Part shown: positions 27,467 through 36,592 of the stretch, one piece after another
How positions within the stretch are numbered: the first letter of the stretch is position 1
How the letters are laid out: each line of letters starts with the position of its first letter
Made by a program: the position numbers and the translations under genes
Origin: an uncultured archaeon
GTDB taxonomy: Archaea > Thermoproteota > Bathyarchaeia > 40CM-2-53-6 > CALIRQ01
DNA: 64,000 nt
NCBI GenBank assembly: GCA_938042195.1
Contig: CALIRQ010000006.1
Span: 46,868-110,867, forward strand
Reading direction: 5' to 3'
The notes under the pieces: generated by a model
What the model was told of the DNA's origin: nothing
What the model saw: the letters and a program-made list of their open reading frames with translations, nothing else
Databases searched by the model: none

Positions 27467-28468
27467 TCATAAGTCGATTAAAACCTTCAGCCCCTCCTGT
27501 TTTAAGCTCACCATGAAACCCTCCTGAATTTTTGTTAGTGGAAATCTATGAGTTATGAGCCGTTTTACCGGAATTATGCCCTTATCTATAATCTTTATGG
27601 CCTCCCGAAAATTATCAACGTAAATGATCGATCCCATGAGCCTTATTTCCTGTCTGACTATTTGTTGCAGATCCACTTTCGCTTCGGCATCGCCCAGGCC
27701 TATGGCCAATATTTTTCCGCCGGGCCTTATCGACTTCAAAGCTTGTAAAAGGCTGGCCCCCGTTCCAACCGTATCTATCACTACATCGGCTTTTTCGCCA
27801 TCGAAGAATTTAATTAGATCCTCAGTTTCCCTTGGCGATGTCCCCAAAACCCTCTCCAACCCAATACCCCTTAAAAGAGATGCCCTAAGGGGGGAGGCCT
27901 CCTGGATGGCCACATTCGCATTCATTGATTGAAGCATTAATGCAGCCAAGGCGCCTATTGGGCCACCGCCGATCGTTAATGCATTATCGCTCGGCAAGAT
28001 GTTAACGAACCTCATCGCATGTAAAACGACCGATAAGGGCTCTATGAAAACCGCCTCATCGAAGCTCATTTTTTCAGGGACTTTCCATAGATAGTTCCTC
28101 GGAACCTTGACGAACTCCGCGAATGCCCCATCGGCATTGACCCCTAAGGAGACCTTGCTCGGGCAGATATTCGAATGGCCGGTTCGGCAGTAGGCGCAAT
28201 CGCCGCATCCGAAATTCGGCTCGATGACGACCCGATCCCCCACCTCGATGCCCCTCGCCCCATCGCCGACTTTTGAAACGATTCCCGCAGCCTCGTGCCC
28301 CATGATCAAAGGAGTCTTGACCGCCTTTTTACCCCTATATATATCCAGATCGCTACCGCAAATCCCCGCGACCTTTACCTCTACGAGGATTTCGCCCGGG
28401 CCTACTTTTGGCGTGGGGACATCTCCGATCTCTATCGAGCCGGGTCCCCTGAACAAGGCCGCTCTCAT
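27467..28468 (-). CDS. Zinc-dependent alcohol/polyol dehydrogenase (MDR family)
   Basis: ICGSD, GHEAAG, CGDCAYC..C, EPLSVVLHA, GGGPIG. Confidence 0.92.
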   Translation of the reverse strand: MRAALFRGPGSIEIGDVPTPKVGPGEILVEVKVAGICGSDLDIYRGKKAVKTPLIMGHEAAGIVSKVGDGARGIEVGDRVVIEPNFGCGDCAYCRTGHSNICPSKVSLGVNADGAFAEFVKVPRNYLWKVPEKMSFDEAVFIEPLSVVLHAMRFVNILPSDNALTIGGGPIGALAALMLQSMNANVAIQEASPLRASLLRGIGLERVLGTSPRETEDLIKFFDGEKADVVIDTVGTGASLLQALKSIRPGGKILAIGLGDAEAKVDLQQIVRQEIRLMGSIIYVDNFREAIKIIDKGIIPVKRLITHRFPLTKIQEGFMVSLKQEGLKVLIDL

Positions 28469-28574
28469 ATGGTGCACCGATGAGGGTTTGCATCTCCAAA
28501 AGTTTTTAAGCATTTTCTACGGCAGTTCGGAGAGCGCCCTAGCCTCCCGCTAGGGCTTTCAGGAGGGACCCGCT

Positions 28575-29160
28575 CACTTTGATTAGAACCTTGACTGCAA
28601 TTTGCCCTGCGACAGCTCGAGGCCATTCGCTATTTCATCTAACGAGAATTTATGGTGTTATCGTCGGTTCTTTTATCCTCCAGGAATTTATCAGATAGGT
28701 GCTCTTCTTGAAGCCCGAAGCCACATAAGCGAGCGATCCGAAGATTTCTCTTCTCACGATCGTCATTGGCTCGCTGGAACCGGCGAGGCCGCTAGCCCTA
28801 TCCAAACTACCCTCCCGCCCGGCGTAACTAAGCCCGCGGATTGGACCAAGGCTTGAGGCGGTCCCGAGGCGTCTATGGGTATGTCTGCGCCAATTCCTTA
28901 GGTGAGCTCCTTAACGCTTTCCGAAGATCTTCCAGGGTATTGGTTGTGGCCCCTGAGCTCGGCTCCTTCGACAGCTTCAGTCGGCTCTCGATTAGATCGA
29001 TTGCAACCGTATGAGCACTGGCGATGTTAGCTGCTTGTAGAGCGAAAAGTCCGATGGCTTCAACTCCAGAGATCGCCACAAAATCCCCCGACCTTTACGC
29101 TCTATCGATTGCATGAATCCCGATCGCCGCTGGCTCGACTTAAATGACCTTATCCGCGCC
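28575..29160 (-). pseudogene. Degraded third MDR dehydrogenase
   Basis: Fragments in shifting frames with stops: EPAAIGIHAIDRA*, GDFVAISGVEAIGLFALQAA..VAIDLIESRLKLSKE, HKFSLDEIANGLEL, AVKVLIK. Boundaries approximate. Confidence 0.75.
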
Positions 29161-29390
29161 GAGTTCCTCCGCGATCTAAGCCTCTTGCGATTTCCTATGC
29201 GACGACGACCCGAGTTGCATTAAACATTTCACCATTAAGGCTTAGAGTACGTCAAACCCAGCCGCGCTTTCCAATCGATGGGGGTTGCAAAGGCGAGGGG
29301 GTTGCGCATTAAGTTTAGCTCGGGTAAAAATGTTTCGCGCTTAACGGGCATCGAGCCATCCGTATAATCATAGTTCTGGAGGGGACTCGC

Positions 29391-29774
29391 TCAGGGCTTA
29401 GCGACGGCTTTCCCCCTCTCCCTGATCGCTTTCTCATCGCCGGGCGGCGTATAGGCCCATAGGAATTGCAATTCCTCCTCCCCAGCATTTTCGATGATGT
29501 GCCGTTCGCCGATGGGCACATAAATGAGGTCCCCCGCCTCCACTATTTGCTCCTTCCCGCTGGCATCGAGCACTCTGGCCTTCCCCCGGATTATGAAGAT
29601 CGACTCCTCGCCGGTATGGGAATGGGGAGCCCCCTTCTCGCCTATCCCGTACGTGGTGAACCCTATGGCCACATGCTTGGATCCGGAAGCTGGATCCACC
29701 AGTATCTTGGTAATCTTCTTGGATGGGGGAGGGGCCGGGAAAACCGGCGCCTCCTTCAACCTTATTATCTTCAA
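29391..29774 (-). CDS. Cupin domain protein
   Basis: PHSHTGEESIFIIRGKA, GDLIYVPIGERHIIEN; TTG start after GGAGGTG. Confidence 0.88.
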   Translation of the reverse strand: MKIIRLKEAPVFPAPPPSKKITKILVDPASGSKHVAIGFTTYGIGEKGAPHSHTGEESIFIIRGKARVLDASGKEQIVEAGDLIYVPIGERHIIENAGEEELQFLWAYTPPGDEKAIRERGKAVAKP

Positions 29775-29801
29775 GGCCCATACACCTCCCATCGAAGCCC
29801 T

Positions 29802-30626
29802 CTATTTGGCCTGAACGCTGGATTCCAGCGGAGATCTGCCGGGCGGGTATCTGGATTTCAGCTCCTCTATGAAGTCGCAAAGCTTCTTAACGACCGCATC
29901 AACTATCTTCATCCCCTTCTCCCTGCTGGCCTTGGTAGCATCCCCAAGTATTCCGAGCTTATAGGTTTCCCTCTGGAAGTAGAACGCAGTGATATTGTGG
30001 CCCGGGAATCCCCCGTCCTCGGGCATATGGGCGGGGCCCCCGAAGAACCTCCTGTCCACTATTGTCGGGGCCGACTCCTTCCCGGCCTTGCTCATATCCA
30101 CCAGCTCAGGATAAAGGGCTAGGGATACCGAGGTTTCGCATTCATCCGCGTGCACGAATTTGGTTTCGCATACCTCGTTCACGGCTTCCCTGGCCAACTC
30201 CCACCAAGTCGCGATCGCAATGAACGCCTTCGTTTCCAAGGCCAATTCGTGGAGGGCCCCGATCAGCGCCCATTGCTGCCCATGCCCATTCAGTATTATG
30301 ACCTTTTTGAAGCCATTGTTGACGAGGCCCCTGACCACATCCTTCACGAATTCCTTGATCAAATCCGATCTTATCGGGATCGTCCCTGGGAAGCCGTATT
30401 GGTGATACATATGGGCCCCATACCAGATCGGAGGCGCGATTATCGTTCCGGTCTTCTCGGCTACCAGCTCGGCTATCTTCTGAGCGTTCAATGAATCGAC
30501 CCCGACCGGGCAATGGGGACCGTGTTGCTCTATGGAGCCTATAGGCAGGAGGATTATGTCGCAATCCTTCGCCTTCTCAACTATTTCAGGCCACTTCATC
30601 TCCTGATACCATAAGCTTTGCTTCAT
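29802..30626 (-). CDS. Creatininase family amidohydrolase
   Basis: PIGSIEQHGPHCPVGVD, ILNGHG, HADECETS. Confidence 0.9.
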   Translation of the reverse strand: MKQSLWYQEMKWPEIVEKAKDCDIILLPIGSIEQHGPHCPVGVDSLNAQKIAELVAEKTGTIIAPPIWYGAHMYHQYGFPGTIPIRSDLIKEFVKDVVRGLVNNGFKKVIILNGHGQQWALIGALHELALETKAFIAIATWWELAREAVNEVCETKFVHADECETSVSLALYPELVDMSKAGKESAPTIVDRRFFGGPAHMPEDGGFPGHNITAFYFQRETYKLGILGDATKASREKGMKIVDAVVKKLCDFIEELKSRYPPGRSPLESSVQAK

Positions 30627-30760
30627 ATGCGATTCCTCCAAATTTTTATTGTGGACAGCGATTTAAATAGCTTTTCCCACGAGGATCTCGACAATTCGCT
30701 CCCCCAACGGACCTTTTTAATGGGATTGGGGCGATCCTTCGAATTTTTATTCCAATTAAA

Positions 30761-31660
30761 TCATTTCCGATGGAGCATCGAGAGGTAATCCTCGACGCCC
30801 TTTTCGAAATCATAAATTGGCCTAAAGGACAATTCCATTTGAGCCCTTTCCGAATTCAAAAGGCCCCTAGTACAATACGAAAGGTCTTCGCCCGCCTCCA
30901 TTCTTATTGATGCCGTTGGGATGAACTTCCTTATTATATCGAGGATCTCCCAAATGCTCAGCAGCTGGCCGCTTCCTATGTTAAAGGCTTTGTGCTTAAC
31001 GCCATACGCCCGAAGCGCTGAGAACAAGGCCCTCGCCGCATCCTTCACATACAGTGGCTCATATCGCTGCTCCCCGCGGGCGGTAGCGCTGCCGGTTTCT
31101 ATGAGTCGCTCTATGAGATTGAATCCCCTACTCTTGCCCATGCCGTATACGAGCGGGAATCTGAGGGCTATGAAGCCGATCCCATATAGCTCATTATAGT
31201 TCATGCCGAGTAGCTCGGAGGCCAGCTTGAAAATGCCATATATCGTACATGGCTTCTTCGGATAATCTTCATCTATTAATCGCTCGGCTGTGCGCCCATA
31301 AACTGCCTGAGAGCTGGCAAAGATTATTCTATTTATGTCGAATAGGCGGGAGGCCTCCAAAATGTTTATGGTCCCTTTGATATTGACGTCAACTGCCGCG
31401 ATCGGATCCCTTTGCGATTGCATCGTTAGGAGGGAGGCGAGATGGACTATCTCCTTTACATCGTGGTTCTTGATCGTTTCAACGATTCTCCCCGATTCGA
31501 GGACGCTACCCCTCACCGCATTCAATCCATCGATGGGGCCAACCAACCTGGGATCCGGGAGGTTTATGTCATAAGCTATGACGCCCTCGCCCCTTCCCAA
31601 TGCCTCCCTTAGGAAGTACGACCCTATGAAGCCCGATGCCCCAGTAACCAATATCGCCAA
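30761..31660 (-). CDS. NAD-dependent epimerase/dehydratase (extended SDR)
   Basis: VTGASGFIG, ASSQAVYG, YGIFK catalytic motif. Confidence 0.9.
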   Translation of the reverse strand: MAILVTGASGFIGSYFLREALGRGEGVIAYDINLPDPRLVGPIDGLNAVRGSVLESGRIVETIKNHDVKEIVHLASLLTMQSQRDPIAAVDVNIKGTINILEASRLFDINRIIFASSQAVYGRTAERLIDEDYPKKPCTIYGIFKLASELLGMNYNELYGIGFIALRFPLVYGMGKSRGFNLIERLIETGSATARGEQRYEPLYVKDAARALFSALRAYGVKHKAFNIGSGQLLSIWEILDIIRKFIPTASIRMEAGEDLSYCTRGLLNSERAQMELSFRPIYDFEKGVEDYLSMLHRK

Positions 31661-31703
31661 ATACCATTCGCCATCCTTTGCCTATTTCAGGGCCCGCTGT
31701 AAT

Positions 31704-32495
31704 TTACTTCAGTCCAATGGCATTCATCAAATTGCTCAAATATTCTATGCTCTCGAAGGCGGCCCTATCCGGCTCATCAAAATATGGATATATCTCGACC
31801 GACAAGAACCCTTTATAGCCTATCGCATCCAGCATCTTCAAAAGGGCCTCGAAGTTTATATCACCCATGCCTGGAATGAAGTGGTAGTTTCGCCTATCGA
31901 TTACGTCACTGATGTGAACCATCAGTATCCTCTTTCCAAAAGTTCCTATCACTCGCGAAAGATTTTCCCTGGAGACTTTCGCATGGATGACGTCGAGGAG
32001 GAGCCCAAGGTCCTTTTCAATTTCGCTCAAAAATTTCCTGGCATCGCGATAGGTGGTTATGAGGGGGCTCTTCGCAGAAAGCGGGAGGCGTGGCTCCGGC
32101 TCTATCATGCAGGAGACCCCCCGATCCCTGGCGTAATCGATCAGTTCCGAAATGAGGCCCATCGATTCCCTCCAAGCATTTTCCTTGGAGCCCTGCGTTT
32201 CGAAGCCGAGTCCTGGGCCAAGGTTGACGAGGGGGCATCCCATCTCATGGGCGAGATCGATCCTCTTCCTCCCGTATTCAAGATCCGTATAGGGGGTGCC
32301 CCCTTGAATGCAGTAAACCTCAATGCCATATTCCGACAACGCCCTCTGGAGCTTCTTTAGCTCCTCCCTGTCCCACTCATGTATTGGATGCGTGCGGGCT
32401 ATTTCGATCCCTTCGTATCCCATTTCGCTTATGCGAGGGATGAAGGAGCTTATCGGATGATCTGAATACACATTCGTATTTATCCCCAGCCTCAA
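31704..32495 (-). CDS. Sugar-phosphate isomerase/epimerase (xylose-isomerase-like TIM barrel)
   Basis: GYEGIEI, IEPE, LLDVIH, VHISD, PGMGDINF, GYKGFLSVE. Confidence 0.88.
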   Translation of the reverse strand: MRLGINTNVYSDHPISSFIPRISEMGYEGIEIARTHPIHEWDREELKKLQRALSEYGIEVYCIQGGTPYTDLEYGRKRIDLAHEMGCPLVNLGPGLGFETQGSKENAWRESMGLISELIDYARDRGVSCMIEPEPRLPLSAKSPLITTYRDARKFLSEIEKDLGLLLDVIHAKVSRENLSRVIGTFGKRILMVHISDVIDRRNYHFIPGMGDINFEALLKMLDAIGYKGFLSVEIYPYFDEPDRAAFESIEYLSNLMNAIGLK

Positions 32496-32606
32496 AGTCG
32501 GCCACCGGCCATTTGTTCGAATACTCCTAATATAAATTTTTCGAAAGGAATTGCGTTAAAAAAAAAGGCGTTGTTATGTCTTTGAAATCAGCTTAATCAT
32601 AGAACA

Positions 32607-33107
32607 TCAGAACTTATCCAATCCACCATGCTTCTTGACATAGTTCACTATTCCCCCTTCCGACAGTATCCTGACGATCTCCTCCGGCAATGGTTTGAAC
32701 TTCACCTCCGCCTTATTGCTCAAATTTTTGACGATTCCTTCTTGAAGGTCAAGCTCCACAAGGTCCCCATCATTTATGGTCGATGTGTCGCATATCACGG
32801 GCGGTAGCCCAATATTTATAGCATTTCTATAAAATATCCTCGCGAAGCTCTTAGCTATGACGGCCGATACGCCAAGCGTTTTTATGACTATCGGGGCATG
32901 CTCCCTACTGCTACCAGCCCCAAAGTTCCTCCCAGCTACGATTATATCGCCTGGCTTGACCGAAGATGAAAATTCCGGCCTTATATCCTCAAAAGCGTGT
33001 TTCGACAGCTCGAATAAATTTGATCTAAGATGCATATATCGGCTTGGAGTTATATGATCCGTGGTTATGTTATCCCCAAATTTCCAAGCCCTCCCCTTTG
33101 AGCCCAT
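32607..33107 (-). CDS. leuD: 3-isopropylmalate dehydratase / homoaconitase family small subunit
   Basis: GDNITTDHITP, NFGAGSSREHA, SFARIFYRNAINIGLP. Gene symbol denotes family only. Confidence 0.9.
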   Translation of the reverse strand: MGSKGRAWKFGDNITTDHITPSRYMHLRSNLFELSKHAFEDIRPEFSSSVKPGDIIVAGRNFGAGSSREHAPIVIKTLGVSAVIAKSFARIFYRNAINIGLPPVICDTSTINDGDLVELDLQEGIVKNLSNKAEVKFKPLPEEIVRILSEGGIVNYVKKHGGLDKF

Positions 33108-33108
33108 T

Positions 33109-34365
33109 CTACATAGCCTCCCTTGGATCGGTTATGGCGCCATAGAGGGCGGAGGCCGCAGCCGTGGCGGGGGAGGATAGGTATATATGCGCCTTGGGGT
33201 TCCCAGCTCTGCCCAAGAAGTTCCTATTGGCGGTGCTCAATACGACCTCATCATCCGCCGGGATCCCCCCGACGACGCCTATGCATAAGCCGCAACCGGG
33301 CGGCGTGATAACGACCCCAGCGGACGCTAACCTTTCAATTATCCCAGCCTTCAAGGCTTGTAGATATACATTTCTCGAGGCGGGGGTCGCTATCGCCCTT
33401 ACGCCCCTGTCGATCCTCTCCCCTCCGATTATCTTGTCTATCACTTTGAAATCCTCCATCCTACCGTTGGTACAGCTGCCAAAGAAGACCACATCTACCC
33501 TCTTGCCCAATACTTCTTCCACGGGGACCACGTTGTCCACATTATGCGGCAATGCAATCATCGGCTCCAAGTCGCTGGCTTCAATTGAAATCTCATCACT
33601 ATATATAGCATCGCCATCCGGTTCGATCTTGAAGTATTTATCCCCCCTCCCCCTCTCCTCCAAGTACTTCCTCGTTTCCTCATCGGGCGGAATGAGCCCG
33701 CATTTCGCCCCGGCCTCCACGGCCATGTTCGTAATGGTCATCCTCTCCTCCATATTCATTCTCCGAATCGCGCTCCCGTGGAATTCCATGGATTTGTAAT
33801 TGGCGCCCTCGGCCCCTATCATGCCTATTATCTTCAATATGACGTCCTTGCTGAATACGCCCTTCGGCAGCCTCCCCTCAACGCTTATCCTCATGGATTC
33901 GGGTACGCGAAGCCATGTCATCCCGGTTTTCAACGCTATAGCCACATCGGAGGCGCCCATGCCGGTGGCGAAGGCCCCGAAGGCCCCGGCCATGGTGGTA
34001 TGGGAATCGCTGCCGATTATTATATCTCCGGGGGAGGCGTAATATTCGGCTATGAGTTGATGGCAAACCCCGCAGCCCTGGTCATGGAATCTAACGCCTT
34101 TTTCGAGCGCGAACCCCTTCAGGGCCTTATAGTCGTTGCTTATGCTGGCGCTCGGGCTGGGTACGACATGATCGATGAAGACGCATACGCGGCTCGGGTC
34201 GAGCCCAATCCCGCCGCCGAGCTCGTTCAACCTGGAAATGACCAATGGGCCGCTGGCATCGTGCGTGAATACACAATCCAAGCCGCCGACTATTATGATT
34301 TCACCAGCGCCGATATACCTCCCGCATTTCCTCGACAGTATCTTTTCAACCAAGGTCTGGCCCAT
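33109..34365 (-). CDS. leuC: 3-isopropylmalate dehydratase / homoaconitase family large subunit
   Basis: DHVVP, GVCHQ, GSDSHT, GSCTNGR, CGLCIG, NRNFLGR. Gene symbol denotes family only. Confidence 0.9.
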   Translation of the reverse strand: MGQTLVEKILSRKCGRYIGAGEIIIVGGLDCVFTHDASGPLVISRLNELGGGIGLDPSRVCVFIDHVVPSPSASISNDYKALKGFALEKGVRFHDQGCGVCHQLIAEYYASPGDIIIGSDSHTTMAGAFGAFATGMGASDVAIALKTGMTWLRVPESMRISVEGRLPKGVFSKDVILKIIGMIGAEGANYKSMEFHGSAIRRMNMEERMTITNMAVEAGAKCGLIPPDEETRKYLEERGRGDKYFKIEPDGDAIYSDEISIEASDLEPMIALPHNVDNVVPVEEVLGKRVDVVFFGSCTNGRMEDFKVIDKIIGGERIDRGVRAIATPASRNVYLQALKAGIIERLASAGVVITPPGCGLCIGVVGGIPADDEVVLSTANRNFLGRAGNPKAHIYLSSPATAAASALYGAITDPREAM

Positions 34366-34663
34366 TGCCGACCCCAATCTGCCTTCCTTAACTCTTCTTC
34401 CGTAAAAAGGGTTCGTCGAAATGCTGAAAGGATTCCTCCGATCGCTAGATCCCCGATCGTGGTGCCGGGACCGGGCCGATTTATGGCCCCGAGATATTGG
34501 CAAAGCTTTGAGGCACCGATATTTTAAAAGCCCAAAGGCTTATCGCCCAGCTGGTTCCATCCTTTTAAAGGAGGAGGGGCGGGCATTGGTTCAAGAACTT
34601 GGCCAGAGGTGGAGCGTCATCCTTAAAATATAAGCAAGAACATGTAAAGCCGGGGGGGAGGGG

Positions 34664-35401
34664 ATGGACCCGAAGAGCAGCTCGAGGCTGGCGGACCTGA
34701 AGTATAAGCTGATGACGGTCGAGCTCCTCAACCTAGCCAAGAATTACTATACCTACCGCGAGCTATCCCAGCTCACCGAGCTGCCGGAAACGGTCCTGAG
34801 CAGATATGTGAAGGGCCACGTGATGCCCACCATAGAAAGGGCCAGGAAGCTGAACAGGATCTTGGAGAAGAACCTGAGGCTGGAGGTGGAGCTCCAGAAG
34901 AGGATAAAGATGGATGATTATGGATTCTTCGATAATACCAAGATCATCTCCGATACCCTCCTCCTCGATAGGGCCGTCAACTGGGCCATCAATAGGTTCG
35001 CGGGAAAGCGGGTAACGAAGGTCCTCAGCGCCGCCGTCGACGGGATACCATTGGCCACCCTGCTGGCCCATAGGCTCGGGGTTGGCCTAGTAATAGCCAA
35101 GAAGGCGAAGGAGGTGGGCATAAAGGAGTTCATAGAGGAGGTTTACATCCCCTCTAAAGCCGCCATAATGGTCAGCCTATACATCCCCAGGGATGCCATA
35201 AAAAGGGGCGATGCCGTTCTGATAGCGGATGACGTCATCGATAGCGGCGAAACCCAAAGGGCCCTCATCAGGATGATCCATAAGGCCAAGGCGGAGGTGA
35301 GCGGCATCTTCTCCCTGATAGCCATAGGGGATGAATGGAGGAAGGGCATAGAGGAGGAGGTCAAATGCCCCATAGAGGTCGTGCTCACCATCAAGAAATG
35401 A
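34664..35401 (+). CDS. HTH-containing phosphoribosyltransferase-like protein (archaeal PurR/Apt-like regulator)
   Basis: N-terminal HTH ([23 protein letters not shown]) plus PRPP-binding loop [13 protein letters not shown]. Confidence 0.8.
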   Translation: MDPKSSSRLADLKYKLMTVELLNLAKNYYTYRELSQLTELPETVLSRYVKGHVMPTIERARKLNRILEKNLRLEVELQKRIKMDDYGFFDNTKIISDTLLLDRAVNWAINRFAGKRVTKVLSAAVDGIPLATLLAHRLGVGLVIAKKAKEVGIKEFIEEVYIPSKAAIMVSLYIPRDAIKRGDAVLIADDVIDSGETQRALIRMIHKAKAEVSGIFSLIAIGDEWRKGIEEEVKCPIEVVLTIKK

Positions 35402-36450
35402 ATCGGGCGAGGCCGGCCAGATCCCAAGGTTCGTAAACGCCCCTATCTGTTATTATAGCGCTTATCAGGTCCGGCGGCGTCAAATCGAAGGCCGGGTTGA
35501 GGGCGCCGACGCCCTTCGGGGCTATGCGGCGGCCGGCGAAGCTCAGGACCTCCTCCGGGTCCCTCTCCTCGATCGCTACCTCCTCGGGCTTGGAGGAGAA
35601 ATCGAACGTCGATAGCGGCGCGGCCACGTAGAACGGGATGGAGAACCTCTTAGCGGCTATCGCCAAGCCCAAGGTCCCTATCTTGTTGGCGACATGGCCC
35701 GTCGCAAGGACCCTATCGGCGCCGACGATCGCCTTGGAAACGAGGCCCTTGCTCATCAAATGCGCGGCCATCCCATCAGTTATCAAGGTCACCGGTATGC
35801 CGCCCCGGCTCAGCTCGAAGGCCGTTAGCCTAGCGCCTTGGAGGAGTGGCCTCGTCTCGGTGGCTATGACCTCGATCCGCTTCCCGGCCTCAACGGCGGC
35901 CCTTATCACGCCCAAGGCCGTCCCATAGCCGGCGGTGGCCAGGGCCCCCGCATTCCGCTGGCCCTCGGGGCCAATTGCAGTGCGTTAGGACCCTATCGCC
36001 ATCCTCCAGCAGGGCGGCCCCGAATGCCCCGAGCCTCCTATTCGCCTCCATATCCTCCTCGGCTATCCGCTTCGCCTCCTCCACGACGGCTCCAACGATA
36101 TCGCCCGGGCCCGCCTCCCTCGCCTTCGATAGGATCCTGGAGATGGCCCATTGAAGATTGGCGCCGGTCGGCCTCGTGGCCCTCAAGGCCTCAGCGGCCC
36201 TTTCAAGATCGGATAGGATCCTCTCGCCCTTCCCCTTGGATCTGAGGGCCGCGAGAGCCATCCCGGCCGCGGCCGCAACCCCGATCGCCGGCGCGCCCCT
36301 AACCGCCATGTCCCTTATCGCCTCAGCCACATCGCGAGGAGTCCTGCAACGGATGCGGCGCAACCTCCAAGGCAGGGCCCTTTGATCTATTATGACGACC
36401 TCCCTGCCCCTTAGCTCGACCGGTCTTAGGTCAAATGCCCTCGATCCCAA
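35391..36450 (-). CDS. mtnA: S-methyl-5-thioribose-1-phosphate isomerase (MtnA / eIF-2B family), interrupted by a 22-nt intron
   Basis: Exon 1 (36450-35975) encodes [24 protein letters not shown] and LTHC-N. Exon 2 (35952-35391) encodes [36 protein letters not shown] and NPAFDLTP. Joined length is 1038 nt = 345 aa + stop. Start is TTG 36450 or ATG 36465. The ORF track shows two ORFs in different frames. Confidence 0.88.
35953..35974 (-). other. Putative pre-mRNA BHB/BHL intron in mtnA (UUGGCCCCGAGGGCCAGCGGAA)
   Basis: Fold: CUGC / AA|U bulge / UGGCCC-CGA-GGGCCA hairpin / GCGG / AA|U, closed by CGC/GCG. Excision at the two AA|U sites restores frame and the THCNAG motif. Confidence 0.85.
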
Positions 36451-36483
36451 AGCGGAACCTCCCATTGTTGAGCGGTCCGATCG

Positions 36484-36568
36484 CGATAAAAACCTTGGCC
36501 CAAGATCCGGTTCGGATGTTTGGGGAACGAATCGCTTAAGCGGAAGCGGCGATCGAATGGTTAAATAT
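36484..36568. promoter_or_regulatory. Back-to-back TATA-like boxes between mtnA and the splicing endonuclease gene
   Basis: TTTTAT on the minus strand (about 36486-36491) and TTAAATAT on the plus strand (36561-36568), each roughly 25-40 nt upstream of a start codon. Confidence 0.5.
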
Positions 36569-36592
36569 GACTTGGGATGAGGTAGGGCGGCC

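Noticed and set aside
27152-27527. Small ORFs between the two convergent dehydrogenases
   Set aside because: AT-rich intergenic sequence; translations show no conserved features.
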